From positions 1-45,700 of IMG/VR virus record IMGVR_UViG_2563366840_000010: a DNA stretch of 45,700 nt. One strand, given 5' to 3'. A program made the position numbers and the translations under genes. The notes below the pieces were generated by a model that made no database searches, was not told the DNA's origin, and worked only from the letters and a program-made list of their open reading frames with translations. The stretch comes from a virus (lineage: Duplodnaviria; Heunggongvirae; Uroviricota; Caudoviricetes). Shown here one piece after another: positions 18,113-26,964 of this stretch; within the stretch, counting starts at the first letter, position 1; every line of letters begins with the position of its first letter.

Positions 18113-18656
18113 CGTTATTGCAGCGATACCCGCTGGCGCTATTGCTATCGCTGCGGCGTTGATTACTGGCCCAACGGGTAATGATGGCCTTGAAGGTGTA
18201 CGCTATCAGCCTTATCGGGATGTTGTTGGAGTGTGGACTGTATGCTGGGGCCATACTGGTAAAGATATTATCCTCGGCAAGACCTACACCAAAGCAGAGT
18301 GCCAGGCGCTGCTGGATAAAGACCTGAATATTGTCGCCCGACAGATTAACCCATATATCAATGCTCCGATCCCCGAAACGATGAGAGGGGCGCTGTACTC
18401 ATTTGCGTATAACGTAGGCGCGGGAAACTTCAAAACCTCCACACTGTTACGAAAAATCAACCAGGGTGATTCGAAAGGCGCATGCGAACAACTGCGGCGC
18501 TGGATCTATGCTGGTGACAAACAGTGGAAGGGTTTAATCACGAGGCGTGAGATTGAGCGTGAAGTTTGCCTGTGGGCAGAGAAACCTCAGGTTCTGGGGG
18601 ATGGACTCGGGCCGCTTAACCCTGGCATTCCGGTATCAGTTCCGGGGGTATTCTGA
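18084..18656 (+). CDS. SAR endolysin, GH24 lysozyme, R21-like (190 aa)
   Basis: N-terminal signal-anchor [27 protein letters not shown] and lysozyme core close to phage 21 R as recalled. Confidence 0.85.
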   Translation: MAMPPKLKNSVIAAIPAGAIAIAAALITGPTGNDGLEGVRYQPYRDVVGVWTVCWGHTGKDIILGKTYTKAECQALLDKDLNIVARQINPYINAPIPETMRGALYSFAYNVGAGNFKTSTLLRKINQGDSKGACEQLRRWIYAGDKQWKGLITRREIEREVCLWAEKPQVLGDGLGPLNPGIPVSVPGVF

Positions 18657-19192
18657 TGAAACCCAGAAAAATTACGATTGTTGCGGTTCTGCTGGTGGCT
18701 GTCGTAATCATTATTGCAGTGCTTAGCGTATTACTGGTTCGTAGCCGCTCAGCTCTTGAAACAGAACAGAGTGAGAATCGGGTATTACGTAATGATAACG
18801 CGCTGCAGGCGACGGTGATAACTACACAGGCTTTCAACTTCAATCGGTTTAACCAGATAGCAGAGAACGCCAACCGCCTTAACTCGCTGATCGATGCCGG
18901 TACTGAGAAAACTGTCATCGAATACCGGGAGATTCTCCGACGTGAAAAGACCTGTGATCTGCCTGTTCCTGCTGATGTCGCTGGTGGGCTGCTCAAATAC
19001 GCGTACCGTTTACGTGCCAGCGCAATGCACCCCGATACCGGGAACACTAACGCAACCGATGATAGTACCGCTGCCGCCAGCTCAATGACGTATTGCCAGG
19101 CCGTCCTCTGGATTGAACCTTTGCTGGCTGTTATTGAGAAGGGCAACAATAACCTGGCGGGTATACGAGAGATTGAGAAGTTACGAAAATGA
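18656..19192 (+). CDS. i-spanin (Rz-like), N-terminal TMD (178 aa)
   Basis: ATG overlaps the endolysin stop; embedded lipoprotein ORF in +1 frame. Confidence 0.6.
   Translation: MKPRKITIVAVLLVAVVIIIAVLSVLLVRSRSALETEQSENRVLRNDNALQATVITTQAFNFNRFNQIAENANRLNSLIDAGTEKTVIEYREILRREKTCDLPVPADVAGGLLKYAYRLRASAMHPDTGNTNATDDSTAAASSMTYCQAVLWIEPLLAVIEKGNNNLAGIREIEKLRK
18894..19088 (+). CDS. o-spanin (Rz1-like) lipoprotein embedded in Rz; start possibly GTG at 18942
   Basis: Lipobox LVGC, Pro-rich C-terminus. Confidence 0.55.
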   Translation: MPVLRKLSSNTGRFSDVKRPVICLFLLMSLVGCSNTRTVYVPAQCTPIPGTLTQPMIVPLPPAQ

Positions 19193-19454
19193 ATAATGTC
19201 CGTTGACATTGTTAGGGTGATTCTCATTTAACAACCTCAACTGCTACATTACAGTGCTTCATCATGCAATTAGCTTTTTCACCAATGGCTTAGATCCAGT
19301 GAAAGTTACTGACGTTATCTAATGACAAGATGAACGTAGCTTTTGTGTAGTTTTTCAGCGAATAGGATTATCTGAATTTAGCATTTTTGGCTTGTATAAA
19401 CTGTGGGTAAGTAGCTATAGTCACGTCATAGATAGTATTTTTGCATCTTTTTCA

Positions 19455-19480
19455 AGCCTCTTTTGAGGCTTTTTGCACAT
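19455..19480 (+). terminator. hairpin AAGCCTC-tttt-GAGGCTT + TTTTG
   Basis: Seen directly, ~260 bp after Rz. Confidence 0.4.
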
Positions 19481-19562
19481 TTAAATATGACAACAATGGC
19501 ACATATAGTATGTCCCCCTTGGCACAGGCACTATATGTAGCGCTATAAAAGGAGCTATCATT

Positions 19563-19763
19563 ATGACCCCAGCTGAGTTCTACGATGTTTACAATATCAA
19601 ACCGGCAGAAATGTTGACTGGTGAAACTGTTAACAACTTCGCTTCTCGTGTAATGGCACAGCAAACTAGTACGAGTGGAAACACAGGTGTTTGGTACTCA
19701 CAAGGTACCGCTACACAATCGAAGCAAAACCAAACTACAAGTCATCAACTTTACACGTACTGA
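19563..19763 (+). CDS. hypothetical small protein (66 aa), first gene of an AT-rich two-gene cassette
   Basis: AAAGGAG RBS; Q/T/S-rich C-terminus. Confidence 0.6.
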   Translation: MTPAEFYDVYNIKPAEMLTGETVNNFASRVMAQQTSTSGNTGVWYSQGTATQSKQNQTTSHQLYTY

Positions 19764-19766
19764 TTT

Positions 19767-20669
19767 ATGCCTAATTGGAGCGACGTACTGGGCGAGATAA
19801 CGGCTCTCGCCCATAAAAGTCCTATGGATGAGGTTCGCCGTAAATACTTATCTCAACTTTCGAATCATACTGGAAGAAATGTAATCACATATTACTCAGG
19901 GTGGTTACAGCATGGTGGTGCAGAAGTACGCCATCTTACTCAGATGACTGATGATGATAAGAACGGGTTGATGACAGCCATCAATGGTTTAGATGTATCA
20001 AAAGGGTTGGATTTGATACTTCATACTCCAGGTGGTGATATTGCCGCTTTGGAATCAATCGGGCATTACTTAAGGTCGAAGTTTGGAACTAACATCAGAG
20101 CAATTGTTCCTATGATTTCAATGTCCTGCGGAACTATGCTTGCATGTTGTGCCAATGAAATCATCATGGGTAAACAGTCCAACATTGGCCCAATTGATCC
20201 TCAGTTCAACGGTTTCTCCACCCATGCCATCATTGAAGAATGGAATCGTGCGCAGACGGAAATTTTTCAAAATCCCGCAGCTGTTCAGATGTGGCAGTTC
20301 ATTCTTCAAAAGCTAAACCCGACGATCATCGGCGAGTGTGAGAAAGCAATCAAATGGGCAAATGAGATTGTTAAGCATTGGCTTATGACAGGCATGTTTG
20401 ATAATGATCCTGAGGCAGAATCAAAAGCAACACATGTTTGTTCAGAGTTAAACAACCATCACACAACCTATACCCACTCGCGTCATATTCATTTTGATAA
20501 GGCGCAGAAAATTGGGTTGAATGTTACCGAACTTGAAAGTGATCAAGTACTTCAAGATTTGGTTTTGACTATACATCACAGCTACATGCATTCTTTTGGT
20601 GGAGCACCACTGGCAAAAATCATTGAAAATCATAACGGTAACGCAATGATTTGGAATATCCAGTCTTAA
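19767..20669 (+). CDS. ClpP/S49-fold (SDH-type) serine peptidase-like protein (300 aa)
   Basis: LHTPGGDIAALESIGHYL and SMSCGTMLACCANEI segments resemble ClpP/SppA-fold peptidases; start 3 nt after the upstream stop. Confidence 0.65.
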   Translation: MPNWSDVLGEITALAHKSPMDEVRRKYLSQLSNHTGRNVITYYSGWLQHGGAEVRHLTQMTDDDKNGLMTAINGLDVSKGLDLILHTPGGDIAALESIGHYLRSKFGTNIRAIVPMISMSCGTMLACCANEIIMGKQSNIGPIDPQFNGFSTHAIIEEWNRAQTEIFQNPAAVQMWQFILQKLNPTIIGECEKAIKWANEIVKHWLMTGMFDNDPEAESKATHVCSELNNHHTTYTHSRHIHFDKAQKIGLNVTELESDQVLQDLVLTIHHSYMHSFGGAPLAKIIENHNGNAMIWNIQS

Positions 20670-20687
20670 TCCCCCCTGTCTGATTCC

Positions 20688-20716
20688 AGCCTCGCCTATG
20701 CGGGGCTTTTTTATTT
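20688..20716 (+). terminator. intrinsic terminator (AGCCTCGC-ctat-GCGGGGCT + TTTTTTATTT)
   Basis: Seen directly after the cassette. Confidence 0.7.
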
Positions 20717-20790
20717 GCGGTACGCAGCACACAGAACCCACTACCTGGGACCCTTCGGCCAGAGAGCCGACATTGCCTTACCCTCACATT

Positions 20791-20816
20791 GCCAGCCTGT
20801 CGCTGGCTTTTTTATT
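20791..20816 (+). terminator. second intrinsic terminator (GCCAGC-ctgtc-GCTGGC + TTTTTTATTT)
   Basis: Seen directly. Confidence 0.7.
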
Positions 20817-20889
20817 TGCGATGTCCGGTCGTTGTTTCCTGGCATCCTTCCACTCTACACAAACAGCACCCCGTTCCTTCGGAGGTGAT

Positions 20890-21207
20890 ATGGCAAAGCG
20901 TATGAATGACGACCACAAAATTGTAGGCCTGTCCTGGTTAGTCCTGCTCGGCATTGCATGCTGGGGCGGTTTAGTTCGCTACCTGATCGACGTAAAGCAG
21001 AATAAAGCGACATGGAGCTGGATAAACGCGCTGGCACAGATCGCTGTCTCCGGCTTTACCGGTTTGATTGGCGGGTTGATAAGCGTGGAGAGTGGGTTGA
21101 GTTTTCACATGATCCTTGTCACGTCCGGCATTAGCGGGGCGATGGGTTCAGTGGCTCTGACCTATTTCTGGGAACGCTTGACGGGGATGAAGAATGCAAA
21201 CCAGTGA
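20890..21207 (+). CDS. holin, class I, 3 TMD (105 aa), second lysis cassette
   Basis: GGAGGTGA RBS; three hydrophobic segments, charged C-terminus. Confidence 0.7.
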   Translation: MAKRMNDDHKIVGLSWLVLLGIACWGGLVRYLIDVKQNKATWSWINALAQIAVSGFTGLIGGLISVESGLSFHMILVTSGISGAMGSVALTYFWERLTGMKNANQ

Positions 21208-21634
21208 TAAAGGCATTGCCCTGATCAAAGAGTTCGAAGGTTGCAAGCTCACTGCCTATCAGGACAGCGTCGGCGTTTGGACGATCGGTTATGGCTGGAC
21301 TCAGCCCGTCGACGGGAAACCAATCCGTGCCGGGATGACAATTAAGCAGGAAACGGCAGAACGCCTGCTGAAGACAGGAATGGTCAGTTACGAAAGTGAC
21401 GTGTCACGACTGGTTAAAGTTGGCCTGACTCAGGGGCAATTCGATGCCCTGGTGTCGTTCACGTATAACCTCGGTGCGCGGTCATTGTCGACATCGACTC
21501 TCCTGCGAAAACTCAACGCCGGAGATTACGCTGGTGCAGCCGATGAGTTCCTGCGCTGGAATAAAGCTGGTGGGAAGGTGCTGAATGGGCTGACACGTCG
21601 GCGGGAGGCAGAGCGGGCTCTGTTCCTGTCATGA
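21194..21634 (+). CDS. soluble endolysin, GH24 lysozyme (146 aa)
   Basis: EFEGCKLTAYQDSVGVWTIGYG catalytic region typical of T4/P22-type lysozymes. Confidence 0.85.
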   Translation: MQTSDKGIALIKEFEGCKLTAYQDSVGVWTIGYGWTQPVDGKPIRAGMTIKQETAERLLKTGMVSYESDVSRLVKVGLTQGQFDALVSFTYNLGARSLSTSTLLRKLNAGDYAGAADEFLRWNKAGGKVLNGLTRRREAERALFLS

Positions 21635-22101
21635 TTGGCGCGCTGGTTAAGCGTTACTGGCTGCAACTGATTGTGGTGTCGGTAATCGGCGTGCTGGCGT
21701 TCTTCGTTAACCACTACCGCGACAACGCCATCACCTACAAAGACCAGCGCGACAAGGCAATTGAGAATCTCAGCCTTGCGAAAAATACCATCGATGACAT
21801 GAAGGTGCGCCAGCGTGATGTCGCTGCACTGGATGCCAAATACACCGGAGAACTGGCTGATGCGAAAGAAACCATTGAGCGTCTGCATAGCGATGTCATT
21901 GCTGGCCGTAAGCGGCTGCAGCTCAACGCAAACTGTCCCGCGAACGGAACGACCAGCACCGGCGGCCTGGGCGATGTTACCGGCCCCCGACTTACTGACT
22001 CCGCTGAACGGGATTATTTCACCCTCAGAGAGCGAATCGTCACAGTGACGAAACAGGTTGGATATTTGCAGGAATACATCAAAGAGCAGTGCTTAAATTG
22101 A
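21631..22101 (+). CDS. i-spanin Rz (156 aa)
   Basis: N-terminal TMD, coiled-coil-like body, embedded Rz1. Confidence 0.7.
   Translation: MIGALVKRYWLQLIVVSVIGVLAFFVNHYRDNAITYKDQRDKAIENLSLAKNTIDDMKVRQRDVAALDAKYTGELADAKETIERLHSDVIAGRKRLQLNANCPANGTTSTGGLGDVTGPRLTDSAERDYFTLRERIVTVTKQVGYLQEYIKEQCLN
21860..22048 (+). CDS. o-spanin Rz1 lipoprotein (62 aa)
   Basis: Lipobox LLAVSGC; C-terminal TPLNGIISPSE matches lambda Rz1. Confidence 0.7.
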   Translation: MRKKPLSVCIAMSLLAVSGCSSTQTVPRTERPAPAAWAMLPAPDLLTPLNGIISPSESESSQ

Positions 22102-22133
22102 TGTTAAATTAACCTTTTACATACGGAGGGGTT

Positions 22134-22538
22134 ATGCAAATAGATCAAGAATACCTTAAAGGTTTGCTCGAGGCTTTCGAGGCATCGGATTCACCTGATA
22201 CCGATATTATTCGATTAAATGATTTAGGGTTCAATTGTGAAACTGACACATTTGTGTTTCATATGCGTTTGCTTGAGGATAGAGGGCTGATTATCAGGAG
22301 TGATGGAGAGCCCGGCTTTGGTGCTATTCAGTCTTTAGACGGAATGACTCACTGGGCTGTAATGCCCTTGCGATTGACCGCGATGGGGCATGACTTCTTG
22401 GATGCTCTCCGTAACAAAGAGGTTTGGGCAACATTAAAAACCGGATTCAAAGATGCCAGTATGGGCACGCTGATGACAGTTTCGAAGGAGCTGTTTAACC
22501 GAGCTCTAGCTAAGCAACTTGATAAAATGTTCGACTAA
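22134..22538 (+). CDS. hypothetical protein (134 aa), moron-like
   Basis: Lower-GC ORF followed immediately by a terminator. Confidence 0.6.
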   Translation: MQIDQEYLKGLLEAFEASDSPDTDIIRLNDLGFNCETDTFVFHMRLLEDRGLIIRSDGEPGFGAIQSLDGMTHWAVMPLRLTAMGHDFLDALRNKEVWATLKTGFKDASMGTLMTVSKELFNRALAKQLDKMFD

Positions 22539-22560
22539 CCGCCTACGGGCGGTTTTTTAT
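22539..22560 (+). terminator. intrinsic terminator (CCGCC-tacg-GGCGG + T6)
   Basis: Seen directly. Confidence 0.75.
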
Positions 22561-22614
22561 TGTCAACTTTATGAGCAAACTGATCTTAATTACTGTAACT
22601 AGGTGGTCAATGAT

Positions 22615-23253
22615 ATGGCAACGCTTAAGGACCTTTCCAGTCAGTTAAGACAGCTGCAGAAGCAAATACCGTTTGCGACTGCCCAGGCTATGACTAAAGT
22701 GGTTCGCCAGATAGAAGCGGCCCAAAAAACAGCATTTGAGCGGAATCTGGATAATCCAACACCTTTTACAGTTAAATCGGTTGGGTCAGTTGGTGCCAGG
22801 AAAAACAGCCTTCGTGCGAAGGTGTTTGTTCGTGATACTGCTGCTGGTTACCTTGAACCCTTCGAGTTCGGCGGAGAGCACAAGCTTAATGGAAGTGCTT
22901 TGCTTAACCCGAAAGACATAAAGCTTAATAAATACGGCAACCTGCCGCGTAATAAGCTCTCACAGCTTAAAGCAAAGGAAAATGTATTCGTAGGTGAGGT
23001 TGATGGCGTTAACGCTGTCTGGCAGCGTAAGAAGCCGATGAAAGCTAAGAAGCGACGGGCCAAACGTTCCGCTAACGGGACGCGAAGACCGAAACGCAAA
23101 CAGCGTTCTCCAAAGCTTTTGATCCGGTTTGGTGATGCGCTACCTGTGACTCCAGTGCTGGGGTATATGGATAGGGCCCGTACCATGGCGAACGCACTGC
23201 TACCGTCTGCTTTAAATCAGGCGATAGCAGAAGCCATCAGGACGGCAAAATAA
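22615..23253 (+). CDS. hypothetical phage protein, basic C-terminal region (212 aa from ATG; ORF opens at 22603)
   Basis: AGGTGG RBS before ATG 22615. Confidence 0.5.
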   Translation: MATLKDLSSQLRQLQKQIPFATAQAMTKVVRQIEAAQKTAFERNLDNPTPFTVKSVGSVGARKNSLRAKVFVRDTAAGYLEPFEFGGEHKLNGSALLNPKDIKLNKYGNLPRNKLSQLKAKENVFVGEVDGVNAVWQRKKPMKAKKRRAKRSANGTRRPKRKQRSPKLLIRFGDALPVTPVLGYMDRARTMANALLPSALNQAIAEAIRTAK

Positions 23254-23263
23254 AAGCAGTAAC

Positions 23264-23767
23264 TTATAAGTTAATTTCGCAAGCTTTTATGAAGCTGTTT
23301 ACTGCAGTTGTCGATCCAGAAACATTGGCTGACATGGAATGCTGGTTTCCGCCATCCTTTGTTTGCACACCAACTAACACTTTGGATTTCGCCCCCTGAA
23401 GCTGCTTAAGCACTGTTTTTAGTTGGTCCGCGTCATCCGATTGAATCTGGAGGCTCTGAACATTACGTCTTGAAAGGGTAGCATCGAGCTTCACTGCGGT
23501 ATTCCCGTCGACCTTCATTATCAGGTCCATTGGTACCTCTGATAGTGATTCGGTGCTTTTATCCATTTCAACGTATGCCGCCGATAGCTTTTCTTTAGTG
23601 CAGTCAAACACAATGGCGCCATTGTCGGATGAAACCTCGCCAAGCATCATTGCTTTCTTACCACCAGAGAAAAGGTCATCTTCAGTATTAGTTACCCACT
23701 GGGCATGAGCAATTGGTGATGCCAGCACTGCGGCTACGAAAGTTATTTTGATTATATTGTTACCCAT
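23264..23767 (-). CDS. secreted hypothetical protein with signal peptide (167 aa)
   Basis: MGNNIIKITFVAAVLASPIAHA-QW signal peptide; AGGAGA RBS; opposite strand to the late operon. Confidence 0.6.
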   Translation of the reverse strand: MGNNIIKITFVAAVLASPIAHAQWVTNTEDDLFSGGKKAMMLGEVSSDNGAIVFDCTKEKLSAAYVEMDKSTESLSEVPMDLIMKVDGNTAVKLDATLSRRNVQSLQIQSDDADQLKTVLKQLQGAKSKVLVGVQTKDGGNQHSMSANVSGSTTAVNSFIKACEINL

Positions 23768-23910
23768 TACATTCTCCTTGTATTGAATAGGAATAATCAT
23801 AGTCGGAGCGAATGGTCGAAGCCATTAAAAAAATGGGTCCTTCCTGAGACTTTTGTAAGGTACGGGCATTGCGCGCCGCGGTGTTTTCCTAGCTACAACT
23901 TTCAGATTTG

Positions 23911-24058
23911 TGTCCCATGTCCCACCTCTGGCGATCATTACGGACACCTCGCCAGCTCTGGCTATTCCAGTTTATTCCAGTGGGACATTCTGGTGGGACA
24001 TGGCAAAAATGTCCCAGGCGAATGTCCCACCCCAGAAAATGTCCCAGGTGATGTCCCA
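23911..24058. repeat. array of eight ATGTCCCA-type heptamer repeats (six direct, two inverted) upstream of the small terminase gene; candidate cosB-like sites
   Basis: TGTCCCA at 23911, 23919, 24010, 24023, 24039, 24052; TGGGACA at 23981, 23994. Confidence 0.5.
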
Positions 24059-24627
24059 TGACCACGATGAACCAGAGTCAGTACGCACAACATTCAGGTG
24101 TGGATCGCAAAACAATTGGCCGGTGGATTAAAGCCGGGCGCTTCATTGTGATGGACGGAGACCTGATTGACGTAGAGGCCAGCGATGCGGCATTGAAGAA
24201 AAACCGCGATGGCAAAGACCCGCGCGCCTCGAACGCGAAGAAAAAGAAAACTCCCGTCGTTAGCGATAACGATGATGACGGTGATGAAATCAATAAAACT
24301 GTCCGCCAGATAATGCTCACTGAAGGGGCAGATCTTTCGAGAGAGGAAGCGGGACGTATCCGCGAGAATTACATGGCCCTGCAGGCAAAGCTGCAGTATG
24401 AAAAAGACAGCGGCCAGCTTATTGAGCTGACAGCAGCCGAGGAGGTTTTATTCAACGCCTTTCGCCAACAGCGTGATGCCTGGCTTAACTGGCCGTCCAG
24501 GGTGGCGCCGCTAATGGCTGCTGATCTGGATGTACCGGCGGACAGGATGACAGAGGTGCTGATTGAACATGTCCACAAACACATCTCAGTCCTCGGAGAG
24601 CCAGAGTTTAACCCGGCAGAAGATTGA
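24058..24627 (+). CDS. terminase small subunit, Nu1-like (189 aa)
   Basis: N-terminal HTH (RKTIGRWIKAG) and position before the gpA-like large subunit. Confidence 0.7.
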   Translation: MTTMNQSQYAQHSGVDRKTIGRWIKAGRFIVMDGDLIDVEASDAALKKNRDGKDPRASNAKKKKTPVVSDNDDDGDEINKTVRQIMLTEGADLSREEAGRIRENYMALQAKLQYEKDSGQLIELTAAEEVLFNAFRQQRDAWLNWPSRVAPLMAADLDVPADRMTEVLIEHVHKHISVLGEPEFNPAED

Positions 24628-26692
24628 GCGTCTTGAATTAAGCGTCCGCAAAGGCTGGACACCCCCGCCGCGTATCAGTGTGCCGCAGTGGGCAGATGAC
24701 TATCGTAAGCTGGCAAAAGAGGCTGGGAGCACTTCGGGAAACTGGGAAACATCGACGGTAGAAATTGCCCGCGGACCGATGCTTGCCGCGACGGAGTCCG
24801 GGGTTCATATCATCACTGTAATGTGCTGTACCCAGTTGATGAAGACAGCACTGCTGGAAAACCTTTTTGGCTATTTTGCCCACCTCGATCCTTGTCCGAT
24901 ACTGCTGCTGCAGCCGAAAGAAGAAGCCGCTGAACAGTTTTCGAAAGAGCGTATTAGCCCGCTGGTAAGGGTGACGCCGGTACTGCGTAAAATCATCGGT
25001 GATTCGAAACAGAAAAGCTCGAAAGAAACCATTCTTTACAAGGCATTCACTGGCGGATTTCTGGCGCTGGCGGGTGCTGGTAGCCCTGATAACCTTGCGC
25101 GTCGTCCGATTCGTGTCCTGCTGGCGGATGAAGTGGACAAGTACCCGATAACCCGCGAAGGCGATCCAATTGCGCTGGCCGAAGAGCGTACAGCGACATT
25201 TGGCCTGACCTGGCTGTCTGTACGCGCCTGTTCGCCGACGGTGGAGGATGAGAGCCGCATTGCTGACAGCTACGCCGACTCCGATCAGCGCCGGGCATCT
25301 GTGGTTTGCCCGCACTGTGGCCACCGCCAGTTCCCCGACTTTTTCAAACACGTTCAGTGGCCGAAAGAGGGAGATAAACACCTGACTAAATCGGCGATGC
25401 TCTATTGCGAATGCTGTGGTAGTGGCTGGTCCGAAGGACAGCGCCTCAGAGCTCTGCACACTATTCGATGGCATCAGACGCGCCCATTTGAGTGCTGCGG
25501 GGAGCGGCACTCACCGCTGATGGATTATGACCTTGCCTGGCGGGCGGCAGACGAGGGCAGCGTTGAAAAGGTCTGGCAATGGTCAGAGTCGGAACGGCAT
25601 GCGGTCTATCGCGCAATCTGCCCCTCCTGTGGAAAGGAGGCAGTCGATAACCACCACGCGGGGTACCAGGCATCCAAGCTTTTCAGCCCCTGGCAAAAAG
25701 ATAAGCCGTCGGATATTGCGAAAAAATATATCGATGCGAAGGGCGATCCGGATAAGGAACAGGCGTGGTGGAATACCCAGATGGGGCTTCCGCACCGACC
25801 TAATCATGGGAAACAGCTCCCTGTTGATGTTCTGCTGGCGCGCCGGGAAATATTTCCGGCCGTCGTTCCGGACGGGGTGGCATTGTTAACAGCTGGAGTT
25901 GATACCCAGGACGATCGCTTCGAAATTACGATCACCGGCTGGGGGAGAGATGAAGAATCGTGGTCGGTCGCGCATGACGTTATTTATGGTGACCTTGAGA
26001 CGGAAGAACCCTGGAAGCGACTGGATGCATACCTGAAACAGATCTGGCGACGTGGTGACGGGCGCGGCCTGAATATCATGGCAACGTGCATGGACTCCGG
26101 CGGCCACCATACGCAGAAGGTATACGAATTCGCCAAAGAGCGTCTTGGCCGTCGTGTCTGGGCAATTAAGGGGGAGTCTGCACAGGGAGGCAAACGCAAT
26201 CCTGTCTGGCCGACCAAACGACCATCATCGAAAAGCAAAGCCAGTTTCCGCCCTGTCATTCTGGGGGTTAACTCAGCGAAAGACGTGATACGCGGTCGCC
26301 TGCATCTTGAGCCACCCAAACCTGGCGCCGCCGCTGCGGGTTATATGCATTTTCCTGACGATCGCGATCTCGGGTACTTCAATCAGCTGCTGGCGGAGCG
26401 ACTGGTTTACAAAGTCATTTCCGGGCAGCGGTACAGTATCTGGGAAGCAATACCAGGACGAGCTAACGAAGCGCTTGACTGCCTCGTTTACAGCTATGCC
26501 GCGCTGTGCGGTCTCAAACATATGGGGTTAAAACTCAACGTCCGGGCCGCCAACCTCGAAGCCGATCCGGATAAGTTCCTGCCAGCGCCAGTTGGACAGG
26601 AAGAAAAAATCAATTACGAGCTGCCGGGTGCGGTTATTGAAGAACCAGCGCCGGTCAAACGTAAGCGAATATCGCAACTCCTGCCGAAATAA
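24563..26692 (+). CDS. terminase large subunit, lambda gpA family (709 aa)
   Basis: N-terminus MNMSTNT..VPQWADDYRKL parallels lambda A; CPHCGHRQF zinc-finger region. Confidence 0.9.
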   Translation: MNMSTNTSQSSESQSLTRQKIERLELSVRKGWTPPPRISVPQWADDYRKLAKEAGSTSGNWETSTVEIARGPMLAATESGVHIITVMCCTQLMKTALLENLFGYFAHLDPCPILLLQPKEEAAEQFSKERISPLVRVTPVLRKIIGDSKQKSSKETILYKAFTGGFLALAGAGSPDNLARRPIRVLLADEVDKYPITREGDPIALAEERTATFGLTWLSVRACSPTVEDESRIADSYADSDQRRASVVCPHCGHRQFPDFFKHVQWPKEGDKHLTKSAMLYCECCGSGWSEGQRLRALHTIRWHQTRPFECCGERHSPLMDYDLAWRAADEGSVEKVWQWSESERHAVYRAICPSCGKEAVDNHHAGYQASKLFSPWQKDKPSDIAKKYIDAKGDPDKEQAWWNTQMGLPHRPNHGKQLPVDVLLARREIFPAVVPDGVALLTAGVDTQDDRFEITITGWGRDEESWSVAHDVIYGDLETEEPWKRLDAYLKQIWRRGDGRGLNIMATCMDSGGHHTQKVYEFAKERLGRRVWAIKGESAQGGKRNPVWPTKRPSSKSKASFRPVILGVNSAKDVIRGRLHLEPPKPGAAAAGYMHFPDDRDLGYFNQLLAERLVYKVISGQRYSIWEAIPGRANEALDCLVYSYAALCGLKHMGLKLNVRAANLEADPDKFLPAPVGQEEKINYELPGAVIEEPAPVKRKRISQLLPK

Positions 26693-26700
26693 GGAAAATC

Positions 26701-26964
26701 ATGTTCAACCGGAACACCAGCCTGCTTGCCGGCGCAATGACTGACGATCAGCTCAGGGATGCGCTTGCGAAAGCTCAGCAGGCGTACATTGATTTAGCAA
26801 CCGGGAGCCACGGTGTTTCGTTTTCCTATACGCAGGGAGACGGGACGCGATCAGTGTCCTATCAGCAAAGCACCCTGGCTGATCTGCTGGCCCTGATTCA
26901 ACTTCTGCAGGCGCAACTGGGGATTATCTCTCGTCCCCGGAAACCAGCGAGGTTTAGATTCTGA
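26701..26964 (+). CDS. head-tail joining protein, gpW-like (87 aa)
   Basis: Size and position; C-terminus RPRKPARFRF resembles lambda W. Confidence 0.65.
   Translation: MFNRNTSLLAGAMTDDQLRDALAKAQQAYIDLATGSHGVSFSYTQGDGTRSVSYQQSTLADLLALIQLLQAQLGIISRPRKPARFRF

Noticed and set aside
19490-19540. Sigma-54 promoter (TGGCAC motifs)
   Set aside because: TGGCAC is present twice but spacing to a TTGC element does not fit the -24/-12 consensus; more likely an inverted-repeat operator or sigma-70 promoter.
24638-25510. 290-aa minus-strand ORF inside the terminase large subunit gene
   Set aside because: Antisense to a strongly supported CDS, Arg/Pro-rich as expected of a GC-rich antisense frame, no RBS.
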